NCBI RefSeq assembly: GCF_963853765.1 | Contig: NC_088855.1 | Span: 39,184,001 to 39,248,000 of the forward strand | DNA: 64,000 nt | From: Magallana gigas | Lineage: Eukaryota | Reading direction: 5' to 3' | Part shown: piece by piece, positions 39,043 through 51,033 of the stretch | Numbering within the stretch: the stretch's first letter is position 1 | How the letters are laid out: the number at the start of each line of letters is the position of its first letter | Translations under genes and position numbers: made by a program | Notes under the pieces: generated by a model | Told to the model about the DNA's origin: nothing | What the model saw: the letters and a program-made list of their open reading frames with translations, nothing else | Database searches by the model: none

Positions 39043-40120
39043 AAACCAGAGAAAGTAGTACATGTATATTAAATATTGAACATACTATGATATACATAAA
39101 AACCTCTTTACAACAAAACAGAAAAAATGGCAAAGTTTTAACGTTTTACAACATACAAGGGATATAGCAAACTTGTTGCAACTCGATATAATATATCTAA
39201 TTTTAATTCTTCACTTTTTAATCTGCAGAATCTATTTTTTTTTTATACCTTTTGTCATCTTTTTCTTGGTTCTCTGTCCAATTTCTTTCACACCTGTGGT
39301 GATACTATGTCGCGTTTTAAATTGAATGTCTGCAAAACAAATCGATTTAGCAGTAAAATTTACTTTTTCCTTAAAATAAATAAATTTCCTTATGCTTTAT
39401 CAATATTTTTTATATTCACATAAAATTTGAACTAAAACAATCAACACATTTGCACTCAAAGAAATAAAAAAAAAAATACCCGGTATATAGACCAATAATT
39501 AGGATAAACATTTTAAATACTATAACAGGCACGTAGCATCGTTTTTGAAAGTGGGGGGGCCAGACCCATCCAAAAAATCTTGACAAGCAAAAAAAAAAAA
39601 AAAAAAAGAAAAGAAAAAAAAGGAAATTTAAAGTTTTCCAAAAATCTTCAAAATCCTAATCCGTGGGGGGGGGGGGGGGGGGAACTCAACTATACTTCCA
39701 AAAAAATTCTTCCCTACCAAAAAATTTTTTCCTCCAAATCTTGAAATTCCTAATCCGTGGGGGGGGGGGGGGGGTAGTAACTTCAATTTGACTACTCATT
39801 TCCTTATTTTCGTATCAATTTTATACTAACTTCCAAAAAAGTGGGGGGGCCAACTCCATTATGATTCATTTTTTTATATGTAAATTTTAAAAAATTTGTT
39901 GCTGCGGGAAAAAGTGGGGGGGCCAGGCCCCCCCTGGCCCCCCCCTGATGCTACGTGCCTGTATAAATATCTGTAAGCGACATCACTTCTAATTAGTTTA
40001 TTATTCTTGGGCAAACAAGATGATTATCATATGTTAGTGCTTACCTTGATACAGATACACTGACATCGCCGTGCAAAGAAATATAACTATCAGACTGATA
40101 TATATCGGTTTCGATGCCAT
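35798..40120 (-). CDS. Carbohydrate (CHST-like) sulfotransferase paralog D, divergent, up to 5 exons, ~412 aa
   Basis: Exons 40120-40045 (MASKPIYISLIVIFLCTAMSVYLYQ, donor G|gtaagc), 39329-39249, 37615-37526, 36915-36741 (175 nt, AYARTGSTLTG) and 36614-35798 (LVRDPRGMFLS) total 1239 nt in frame. The two small stem exons are predicted from splice signals only. Confidence 0.8.
37064..37281. mobile_element. TA-flanked MITE in an intron of sulfotransferase D
   Basis: ta|ctgtagaatcatttaaattcg ... cgaattctaataattccacag|ta. Confidence 0.65.
37965..38450. repeat. ~30-bp minisatellite
   Basis: Tandem gacatatagaaacctgtcataacgaacca-like units, roughly 15 copies. Confidence 0.85.
38570..38880. mobile_element. 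TTAA-type MITE (Kolobok-like) containing a tRNA-like segment
   Basis: ttaa|ggtggtatgggaca ... tgtcccataccacc|ttat (one TSD mismatch). Internal tagcgcattagg ... gagttcgaatcc at ~38668-38734. Confidence 0.7.
38987..39038. repeat. (TA)n microsatellite
   Basis: Pure AT run. Confidence 0.97.
39526..39961. mobile_element. G/C-tract MITE with 5-bp TSD, in intron 1 of sulfotransferase D
   Basis: tataa|caggcacgtagcatc ... gatgctacgtgcctg|tataa; opposite orientation to the 23184 copy. Confidence 0.9.
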
Positions 40121-40527
40121 TGCAGTCAGTTTGAATGGTATCGTAAGATAATCGATCAATGATTCTTTTACGAAAAATCTATCTATTTAAAAGAAGCTAA
40201 AACTTAAGTCTGAATTAAAGTAGACTGCTTTTATTGATTTCTTCAGTAAGACACAATTTTCGTTATGTACTACTGAAAACGTTTATAGTGTTCTTTATGG
40301 AGCTAGCATGGTCTGTTTGCACTAATTCTTTGAATAGCAATTAAATAATACAGAGCAAATAATATCAGCTGACACATCGAAAGGAAAATACATGTCTCAA
40401 AAAATAAGGTGAAAGTCCATAATGTAAGAACAAATAAATATCAGTAGACTGAATGAAAATAGTAAATAATAGTTTATTTTAGAATACATAATTAGCATAC
40501 AAAAGCGTTTTATATTACTAGTTATAA

Positions 40528-41795
40528 CTAGTTATGTTTATTCAAAATCAGGTGCCAGTAAGAAAGCATTCCTCTTTTTCCTAGCGTTACCCCTGTAAAT
40601 AAAGTAGTAAATAAATGTTATTATATACCATATACTGTATATGAATATTTTTTCAGATTCTAACTGATATTATCATTTATCATCATCATTTTACAAACAC
40701 CAGAATGTTATGTACACAGACATAAAACTCGAATTCATTATTATATTTACACTCAGTGCTGGGAACCGTAGCTACTGTTGTTTTTGGCGGGTCAATGGAC
40801 TCTTCGGATGTCTCAGCTGTTGAAAAAAAGTGTGAAATTAAAACTAGTTCCAAATATGCCATGTCATACTGTGATACACGTGTGTATTAATTTAACTCAC
40901 CATGTCGTGTTGGTGTGGTGGTGCTAGCTAATGGCGTCATCGTTACTGATGTTGTTTTGGTAGGAACGTGTGTTGTTGGTGCTTGGGATATATAAAGATT
41001 GATAGAACACACACTTTTGTACGTTTTTGATATGTCATTTTTATCATGTCAGTGTCATGTTATTAGTATATCATTTTATTATTTCTCAGCAGCAAAATTT
41101 AGTTTGTTGCAAAAAGTATTCCCTACCATATTCACATATGTAAGGACTGATAAATGGTCTATCACAAGGAACATCGTGCCAATGACCCCAGTCCTTAAAC
41201 CGCATACCGACACAATCCTCTTCTCTCGGTACCGGTGGTATCGGTACAAGAAAACGTTTTTTTCCATGGATGTATTGGTCTGGTTGTCCATATGCCCAGT
41301 CCATGAAAGAAGTCGTCTCCCCTGGATAAATCAATAAATAATAATAAAAAAGGTACATTTTACATTACTTAAATAATTGAGTTTTTGTGTAACACCAGTT
41401 TGTTCATAAGTTTCATACTAGTAACTTATTGCACTTAACAAAACCCATTCTACGAAAATAAATACATGTATCTAAGTTACAGAATAAGAATCTAAACACT
41501 GATTAATGACCGGAGGACCAAACAAATGTTCCTTCTCTTTTGGAATCGGTTAATCCAATCAATACGTAATCTCCATGGAACCACATGGAAAATAGGGTCG
41601 TCAATAGGAATTGCCGTTCCTCGGGGCTGTTAACAGATACTAGGTGTCCTCCGTGGTTTCTGCAGGCGCTTTCAGCCTCGACCCAGCTAAGACCTCCATC
41701 TAGCTTAAACTCATAGCAATGGCCATTGTATGTTCTCAGATAGGGAGAGTGTAGGAGACTTTTGGGGCAAGTATGAGGATCACCACCTCCCCCTC
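40528..41795 (-). CDS. C-type lectin 4 (single CTLD plus Thr-rich tail); signal-peptide exon not located
   Basis: Exons 41795-41511 (TYNGHCYEF...WVEAESAC...LIGLTD...FVWSSG), 41321-41127 (QPD...EEDC...WHDVPC...YICEY), 40981-40901, 40816-40751 and 40592-40528, all phase 1. The last junction is uncertain. Confidence 0.78.
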
Positions 41796-44700
41796 CTAAA
41801 TAGGATACAAAGTATAAAGGGAACTAATAAGGCATTGCTATAAACAGTAATTGAATCGTTTAAATTTTCTCTTCTATGGATGATAATTGTGTAGATTTTA
41901 GCATTACAAGCCATCAAACCATGCATTTCGTTACTGTCTTTTATCAGAGAAATTTACTTAATATATCATTTACTCTAATCTTAATTGTGTATGAATGGGA
42001 TCTGTAAGAAATGTGAAAGGTATAGTTATTGTAAATACAAATTTCACCGTTCACTGCATGCAAAGTTTAACCATTATTTGATCTACAGTAAAACAATTTT
42101 AGAGAGCTATTTACGAACCTAGATAAGCTCCGGAAGAGTAAAACAAAACAACAAGGGAAAATAGTACACGCTGCTTCCTATCGTATAACATGGTGGTCTT
42201 ATCTTCAACCGATCTTCGTTACAATATATGGGTTATCAGTTGGCTAAAATATGATTGGTCAGTAAATTCGTATATTATATGTAACAGTAGAAATCAAATG
42301 AATAAACAATACACAAAATGTAAGAAGACTGATTATCTGTTATGTTCTGAAAATGTACCGTAGACGTATGCGCATTTTTAAAAGAGCAGGTTGTTCTGCC
42401 TTTATGGACAGGTCAATTTCTTGATTGACAGAGAAGTTCCTTACACCGACGTCTTCGTAATTATATAAAATATAGATGACCATTACAAAGATTCATATCG
42501 TCCCAATTTGACAAAAGTCTTGATTACATCAGGAGCAAAGCATATTAACTACTACTAATATTATGTTTAACAAGATTTTTTTAAGGTCATAAAGACATTG
42601 GTACAAGTGATCTGAATGGTTCTATTTTAGGAATAAGGAACCATTCTTTTGAGTTTTATGAGGTAATCAAAAAAGGTCGGAGTGATCACATCCAGTGAAG
42701 CCCGGAGTGTACGTGATAGATCTGGTCACGCCTGATCGTATTTAATCACCTCATAATATTAAAAAAATGATTCCTTATTACTTACATTTACTGTGTATAA
42801 TTTCCATCATTTGTACGATTGTCATTTAAAATAGTCATTGATGTAATGTATTGGACTATACATTACAGAATCGATTTGTAGTGCTATCATAGAAAAGACA
42901 CTTCAAAATGTAAATATACTTGAATATTATTAAGATAATATAGATCTATAGCATCGATCGTATTGTTTTGTTGTGAACTTATAAGTATCATATAAACTAG
43001 AATGATAAGCAAGGCTAAGAATAGTTTCGTCTAGACGTCCATGTTATCTTTACGACTGAATTTAGACACATAAATGTTGGTATTTACTAGTAAATCCCCT
43101 ATGACTGGTTTGATTCCTGTCCATGTCAATGGTTGAACTTACAGTTTTGCTGTCCATTGCTCTACCAAATTCACTGGGGTGCAGTAGTCTACTATAATAC
43201 TGTTGAAAACTGGATTTAGGTATTAAATATTTAGGCGCTTGCTTGCAGGAAGCTTTAGAGCTCATTTGCGGTTTCTCAACAGTCCCCTTGTAGTAGAAAT
43301 TAAACCCTTGTTAACAGACAATACCATCATGATTACACCTTCACACTTGTCACATAGACAAAAATAAAGTCGAAAATGACATCATTGCTCTTCGTGCACT
43401 ATGATATAGTATAAGTTTATACGATCATTTTTTAAAATATACATCGTTGAATATAAAGATGGTGCTTAGGCGTGATTGCAAAAAACAAGTTCTTTGAAGT
43501 TGTTTGCATTAATAACTTTGTTCATATCATACTTATATAAATTCGAACGTATAATTATTCATTTTATTTCCTTTAAATTGAAGTGTTCTTGAAAAAACCG
43601 GTGATTTCCGATTTAAGAATTAGATTCTCTTAAATTTGCTTGTAAAAATCAAGTGAACTTAAGGATTACATTTACTCAGGGGCGAATATTTTTTTCTACT
43701 AATAGGAACGAAAAAATACTTATTCTACATTGTAGCCCTACTACTGTGGTGCTCTTTTTCACTTTCAAATTACTAAGTCAATGACCTACTTTTTATGCTA
43801 GTGACCTCTGAATGTTTGTTGAATAAAACTGTCAAAATTGTCCACCCTTTCTAAGATTTTCTTTATTTTGCGATTTTTAGAAATAATAAAACAAATTATT
43901 GGTTAGAAAATGATAAAATATGAATAGCTTTACTAGTTTCATATTTCAAAGAATCGTTTTAAGCTAATATTTTAAATTTAACTTAGTCCGAATTTCCTCT
44001 ATCAATTTTCAAAATTCTACCCATTTTTGATCAAGTTTTACAAAAAACTGACTAATAGTAGCTCCAAACCATTGATTGCCTAAAGCTTATTTTATTGTCT
44101 GTATTCTTTTGACATTAACATTATATAAGGTCAATGATCAAATTTTCGAGATATTCTATCTGGAATTATTTTAATTATAAGTATTTTAAAGATTTTCATA
44201 TCGCGTGCTAGCAAGTGATATACAATAATACACAATATAATACAACTATAAAATATGTAAAATGATGTGAAAAAACACGTAGAAACTTAACTTTTGCAAC
44301 TACACAGCTACAGAAAGTTTTTAAGAGAAAATAAGAAATGAAAAATTAGTCCGAATTTCCTCTGTATCAACCTTTATCTACCTTTATCGTAGCATAGCAT
44401 CATCAAATAAACAAAAAATGGATGTCAATATTGATTTTTGTTAATAAAATTGTTATTTTGTGTTTTTAAAACAGCTTTTATCTTCATGCAGGTATTGAAT
44501 TTTGTAAAATGATATTTTGAAATCTCAAACCCTGAGTAAACGAAAAGCACTTTGCAAAATTATTGCTTAGTAAGTCGATAAATTTTTGTCATCCGCTCAG
44601 AAATTTTACTTTCATCTTTGCCTTATATGCAAATGAATATTTTTGTCCTCTACTCAAATGTATATACTTACATTGTAGCTTCTGTAGAAGCAATTCTCTG

Positions 44701-45148
44701 ATTAGATGCCCAACGCGTTTGCACTGTCGAAAGCCGAACGTTAGTAATGTATAAAACATTTTTTTCGAGCGATCATAATGAATCCATATGTATGATCAAC
44801 CTTATTATGCAAAAAAAAAAAACAACTATTGAACAATATAAACATTTTAATTTAATTTTTTTTTAAAATCATTGTCAAATAATGAACAGCTAACTGTTAA
44901 ACTGTGCTTTCTTTTGGAGTCTTTAAACTGTTTATAATGAATTATTTCGGTTTTGTCAGTTTCTATTCGACCACGATCAGAATGGGAGGGGTTGTAAACA
45001 AGAACATTTTTAAAATCGTTTTCATCATGAAATGATTATGGTCAATCATGTATAGGCATAAGTTTTTTCCGGAAAGTGGGAAAATGGTTCATTTAAATCG
45101 GTGAGAGTAAAAGTTAAGTTGTTAAATACACTCAAGCGATGATGCGGC

Positions 45149-47058
45149 CTATGCTGCAGTACTGGGAACAGTGGATGGTTGTGATGTATCAGCGTTTGCA
45201 GGCTGTGTTGTTGTGGCTGCTCTTTGTACTGTAAAATAAAACAATGCATTTAGCAAAGATATCGACAGAAGTAATTGTGTGTATTTTTGTATCATTTTAA
45301 GATTCTATTTGAAGAATCAATTTGCTTTTTTGCAAATTTGTTTTCAGCAACTGTTTCTAATCCATCTAAACATTTTGTACATTTTTCTACACATGCTTAA
45401 TATCTACAGAATATGGTATCATTCTTAAAGTATTATTGGGAGAGAATTTTTGTTGGGGCGTCATCAAGTTTGATAACCTTTCGGCCATAATTATCACCTC
45501 ATGATACTCAAAGAACGCTTCCCTAATACTTATTTTTATATAATTTTCAGCAATTGTACGATTAAATATTAAATTGTTGACATTAATTCGTTATTTTCAA
45601 TTTGAATGTGTAATTATGCAAACCCCGCTTGGTTACACCATTTACGTCACTGATGACATATATTAAAGATGTGTACTGCAGAATTGTTATCACAATACAA
45701 AGACATTGGAAAATTATATATTAAGAAATCGTGTTATGTTTCCAGCCAAGTGTTTTGAAGAGATGACTTACAGTACTCGCAAACATAGGGATAGCGTTCG
45801 TGGATTAATCCAAGTGGATCCTGTTTTACACAGGGAATATCATTCCAATGGCCCGCGGGGTCTGAGTATTTCATGATGGCGCAGTCTTCGTCTGCGTCTA
45901 ACAAAAATCGCCTCCTTCTGCTTGGTTCGCCGCTTGCCCAATACGTGAAGGTAGACGTCTCCCCTACAGCACACGTAAAATTAAGTCTCGTGTCTTAATC
46001 CTTGAATTTTATATCCTAGCATGTCCCTCTAATAAGAGGCAACATTAACAAGTAAAACTTGTTTCATTCTATCACAAAATTCTTTTTTTTTCGCCATTTG
46101 AAGCGGAACTGTGAATATTAGTTGCAAATACTAGTACATGTAGTTTGGTAATGCAGATGATAATGCAAAGTGCCATATGGCATTTTTAAATGATAAAACT
46201 GGATTGAATCGGGGTTAGATATGATTTATACATGTAATAAGTTACCTGTGACCCATTTCCACGTCCCTTCTTTTTCTGCATCAGTGTATCCGATCCAAAT
46301 GCCACGACCGTGAAAGGGGAATAATTTCAGAGCCGATATAATGAAGTCTTGTTCTGCTAAATCGTTGACTACAACCAAAGTCCCTCCCCGCGATTTGCAG
46401 TCGTTTGCGGCATGTGGCCAATCAGTCAAGTGGTGAAGGTTGAATTCATAGCAATGATCTTGATACACCTTCAACGTATTACCTTGTTGTAGATTGGCAG
46501 GGCAATTTGAAACATGCGCGCCACCTATAACACATATTACAATAGCTCTTAAAGTTACTTATTCAATTACATACATCATCTCAATCTAGATTTTTTAAAA
46601 ACAAAATTACAGCCTTTTTAAAAATCGATTAGTCAATTTTGTTTTTTGTTTAATTACCCGTTATATCAAACCCATATAATAACTTGAAAAAAGTTCATTT
46701 CAATTTCAATTCTTTACTCACTCAACACTAGTACAGTGGTATTTGAGGTTCAAAATAAGCATGTACAAATGAACACAAAAACAATGATTACATGTACAGC
46801 CGTAGTAATAAAGGTTTTTAAAAAGTTGAGTTTACAATACAGTAGGTTGTATTGGATTGTTTTTGGAAGAGCAGAAAATCTTGACAGCAACTTTATTTTT
46901 CTACATTGAAAGTATTCATCAGCTCGTTAAATTCTGTAATATATGGGTTTTCATATTGATGAGACAGTGATTCAAGATCTAAGATAACCTTCTGTTAACA
47001 TGCTGAACTTACAGACTGCGTTAATCGCCAGGAGAAACCAGAGAATCGAGGAGTGCAT
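45149..47058 (-). CDS. C-type lectin 3 (signal peptide, single CTLD, Thr-rich tail), ~198 aa
   Basis: Exons 47058-47013 (MHSSILWFLLAINAV), 46524-46246, 45963-45772 (EPS...EDC...WNDIPC) and 45228-45149 total 597 nt in frame. Confidence 0.88.
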
Positions 47059-47668
47059 CTTTAAGCCTATGGTCTGCACACCTGCTAGTCATGATGTAAT
47101 ATATGATATGTTTCTTCTTATCTCTAACTCAGGGTCCTTAAGAGCAAGGTGAGATACAGGGACTATCCTTGTGAGAATAACTGTCCGGAATCGGGAAAAA
47201 GCGCGCTGTTAACTTTTGAGAGGAATTATATGGAAAGAAAATAAGCAGATTATAGCCTTATATGATACTAATTAACATTTCACCTCTTTTCCACCATCAG
47301 CAAAACCACCATCTTCACATTAAGTTATACACGTACATGTATATTGCGCATTATTCAAACTTTTTGGTTTTTTCGTATTAGGTCAAAAATAATAACGATC
47401 ATGTGCTATTTGAATGCATCAATGTTAAATCTTATATGCGTTCGAGAGATACATGTACCGTGGCATTTACTTAACATAGTCGTTTGTCTCAGAAAACGAA
47501 TAATAATGAGACATCATATCTTGATTAAAACCAACATCATACGTAAAATATTTTTCTCACATGACAATGCTTCTACAGTGTAAACAAATGAGCATTGTTA
47601 AAAACTGATTCTCTAAGACTATTATCTTGATTATGTATTTATTAATTGGAAGAAAATGAACGTTAAGT

Positions 47669-48688
47669 TCACAAAGTAGGAATACTAGGCGTTTCTGGTA
47701 CAGTCGTGGTAGCGAGTTCTATTGTAGATGGCGCTATAGTAGAACCGACAGTTGGGGACGGAATTACAGCCGAACCTTAAACAAACGTTTGTCAAGAACT
47801 TTTAAATATATATGTAACCAATTCAGATGAAATAGTAATATTTCGAATTATGTGGCAATTTTGAAGCTCTTACCGTATTCGCAGACGTAAGGAAAGTGTT
47901 CCTTCACGATTCCCAGTGGGTCCAACTTTTGACAAGGGTAGTCGTGCCAGTGACCGGAGTCGGAGTACTTCAGGAGGACACAGTCCTCGTCCGACACACT
48001 GTCCAGGATAAACCTTCTTTTGTGGTGAGAATGAGGCTGCCCATGCGCCCAGAAAGTAAAAGTGCTGGTCTCTCCTACATTTCATATATTTACAAAACAC
48101 ATCATGTTCTATTCTGTTCAAATCAGTTGAAAATAATGATTATTGGACTTGTTACTTTTATATACAATTTCTTTCACATTTTGTGTTTTATATATATTTT
48201 CCTATGTAGGGTTTAAAAAGGATAACCTGTGACCCATGTAAAGGTTCCTTCGTGTGTCATATCATTGTAACCCAGCCATATGCCTGTCCCGTGGAACGAA
48301 ATGGCCTTCAGTGCGGACATGAGAAAGTCCTGTTCCGCCCTGTCATTGACCGTCACCAGAGTCCCTCCTTTGGAATGGCAATCTTTCTGGGCCGCATTCC
48401 AGTCCTTAGTATGACGGACCTCGAATTCATAGCAGTGGCCCGTGTGGGTCTTCAGGGTGGCGTTCCGTTGTTGGAGTTCCGTCGGACACCCCTGAATATC
48501 GTCTCCATCTGTTTTCAAAATTTTACATTGACTTTCATAAATTTCATATTATTTTTTATTGTTTTATCTTTAATTAATATGATTTGAGTAATATCAAAAG
48601 TTAAAATTTATAATTAAAATTGCAATACAAACTTACATGCAATAATTGCCGACGAAAGAATATACAGGAACACGTGTAACAACATCAT
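47669..48688 (-). CDS. C-type lectin 2 (signal peptide, single CTLD, Thr/Pro-rich tail), ~213 aa
   Basis: Exons 48688-48637 (MMLLHVFLYILSSAIIA), 48508-48227, 48074-47874 (QPH...EDC...WHDYPC) and 47775-47669 total 642 nt in frame. Confidence 0.88.
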
Positions 48689-49031
48689 AAGGACTGCACT
48701 GCAATTACGCTGTCTTATCTAATTTATATGAAATGTGCAGTGCATATTCAAGGTCTGCTCATAAGATTGCATTGGTAGACTCTTCGGAGTTCATATATTA
48801 TACATGTACGTGCTGTCGTCACAAAGAGTACTATAGTATAAAGTCATTGGTATAATATAGTGACCCGCTAGCTTGTAGGCAGATGACATTCATCAGATAG
48901 GTAATATATAATATATTCAATCACCCAAAAGAGTGAAGTCACACAGTGTGCTGGGTGTTATCATCTTATGGAATGTAGTTAGCTGATGGGGTACAAGAAT
49001 CCGATAGGGTTTAGTCATTCTTTATAGTTAA

Positions 49032-49522
49032 AGTGGCATGTTCACTATTTTGGTCAAAAATTATTTTTCCGATTTTAATATTTACAATGCTTCAGAAAGG
49101 CATTTTTAATAAGCAACTGAAATTTGAGTGCCATTTTTTTTTTAGTTATGAGCGAGTTACAGAGCTTGAAATTCTTCGCAATGTAAACAAAGCGTTTGTT
49201 TACATTTTGAAGGTTGAAGCAAAAATTTCAGTTTTGAACCTAAAACGAATGTATCAAATGTTAGGAACTGTTTATCTATGCTTAAAACAAATAAAAAGAT
49301 AGACAAATAAGCTGGATTTTTTTTTACTTGTATATTGAACCTATGTAAACAAAAACAGGGCACGAGCCTTGTTTACATGACAAAGAATTGAGCCCTGTAT
49401 CTTACTTATAACTCTACGAATGACTCTTAAATTTCATTTGATCATTAGAAATGCATATCTAAAGCATTGTAAATAATAAAAACATAAAAATAAAATTTGA
49501 TCAAAATCGTGACCATGCCCCT
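49032..49522. mobile_element. TTAA-flanked Kolobok-like MITE
   Basis: ttaa|agtggcatgttcactattttggtcaaa ... tgatcaaaatcgtgaccatgcccct|ttaa. Confidence 0.82.
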
Positions 49523-50092
49523 TTAAAATGCCCTGTGCTTGAAGTAATCCGATAGCGAAATACACTAAGGAGGGAAAGTACAAAATGAATATTTTCGGGG
49601 AATTGTTGACCATATGAAATTGTCAATAGTAGAGGCAATTAATGTTACAGGTAATGTACGTGTACAGTAAATATAGATTCCGACTAGGGAATAAACCTCG
49701 AGGGGAAAGTTTTGGATAAATTGTTGACCCTTCATCTTCTTTCATAGCAACCAGTTCCAATTAAAGGAATTTGAGTATACATTCTTTGATATAAGGTTGC
49801 AAGCGTAATTAACATGTATTTGCAAAAATATCAAGAAATTTCCAACCTACCTTTTTTTGTTTGAAGAATGTATTGTTGGCACATTTCATCATATTAATTT
49901 CCTGTAACTTACACATACACACTACTGGCATTTTAGACGCATCTGGATGCATGGCCTGCAACATTTACAAGCCTCCGATTCTGGCGTGTTTTGCAACAAT
50001 ACAGTGCTTTTTTAGTCTGTTTTGAATTGATGTTGAAAGATGGGGTCAAGTTTATTCCAAAATATGACAAGACTGATGTGATTTAAAGCCTT

Positions 50093-50475
50093 TCAGGGCT
50101 GCGTTCAAGATCGTAGCTGCTACGTAGGGCTACGTAGTTGAACGGTAGGCTAACCTAGCCGCTACGTAGATATTCGTAGCTTAAATATTTTAAGCTAGGC
50201 ATCAAATTCAAGATGGCCATCTTAGTTACCTCTTTGAAACAAACATGAACTCTATTTATATAGTGATATGTTGTTCATCCTTTAAGTTATAATGAAATTT
50301 AACATGCATATTCCCGCTTGAAATTAACAAATTATGTCAATGTAATTAGTCTTTAGTTGAATATTCCAACTTCAAATCTGAGACCTAGCGGCTAACCTAG
50401 CGGTCCGTTCAATAGACCTAGATATCCACGACCTAGCGGCTAGGCTATCTGCTACGATCTTGAACGCATCCCTGA
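50093..50475. mobile_element. MITE with 25-bp TIR and gctacg/cctagc subterminal repeats
   Basis: tcagggctgcgttcaagatcgtagc ... gctacgatcttgaacgcatccctga (1 mismatch). No clear TSD. Confidence 0.75.
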
Positions 50476-51033
50476 TAACGTTACTATCTAAATTATAGTC
50501 TATTTTTTTCACGGAAGGATCCAAATATGTGCATGTATGAGATATACATCATCTTCTAAAGTTAAGGGTTTCTTAAATTACGCACTTTTCCTCTAGAGAG
50601 ACATGCAATGAAAGCAATGAAAGAATTACATTTGGGGTAAAAACTAAAAACATAGTCAGATGAATTTTTTTACGTGTCGAATTTTCTTAATAAGGACTGA
50701 TGAAAACTGTATCCGCTGATTTCTTGTAATAAAGAGTTTCAATGAAATAGGAAATATATTTACACTGAAAGAAGTTATATCAGGTTGTTGTATGTTACAA
50801 ACTTCTGCTACTATCGACCTCGGCTAATTATGAGTCATGAAATGACATTTTGACACAAGATATAAGAATAAGACACCAACAGCAATGATGGTGAGAGTTT
50901 TGACGAATGCAGAAATATAGAATCCTAATACGTTTAGTAATAACATAATTATAGTAGCATTATAGTACAACAAAGTTAAGCTTTTCTGTGTTTTCTTCTT
51001 TTATTGAAGCACGGACGCAACATTTGTTTCAAT

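Noticed and set aside
43062-43265. 67-aa minus-strand ORF between lectins 3 and 4
   Set aside because: No recognisable motif, no signal peptide, and no compatible splice partners found.
41511-45963. Lectin 4 domain as a second CTLD spliced onto lectin 3
   Set aside because: Joining lectin 3 exon 3 (ends TAC T) to the lectin 4 acceptor (GA...) creates a TGA stop.
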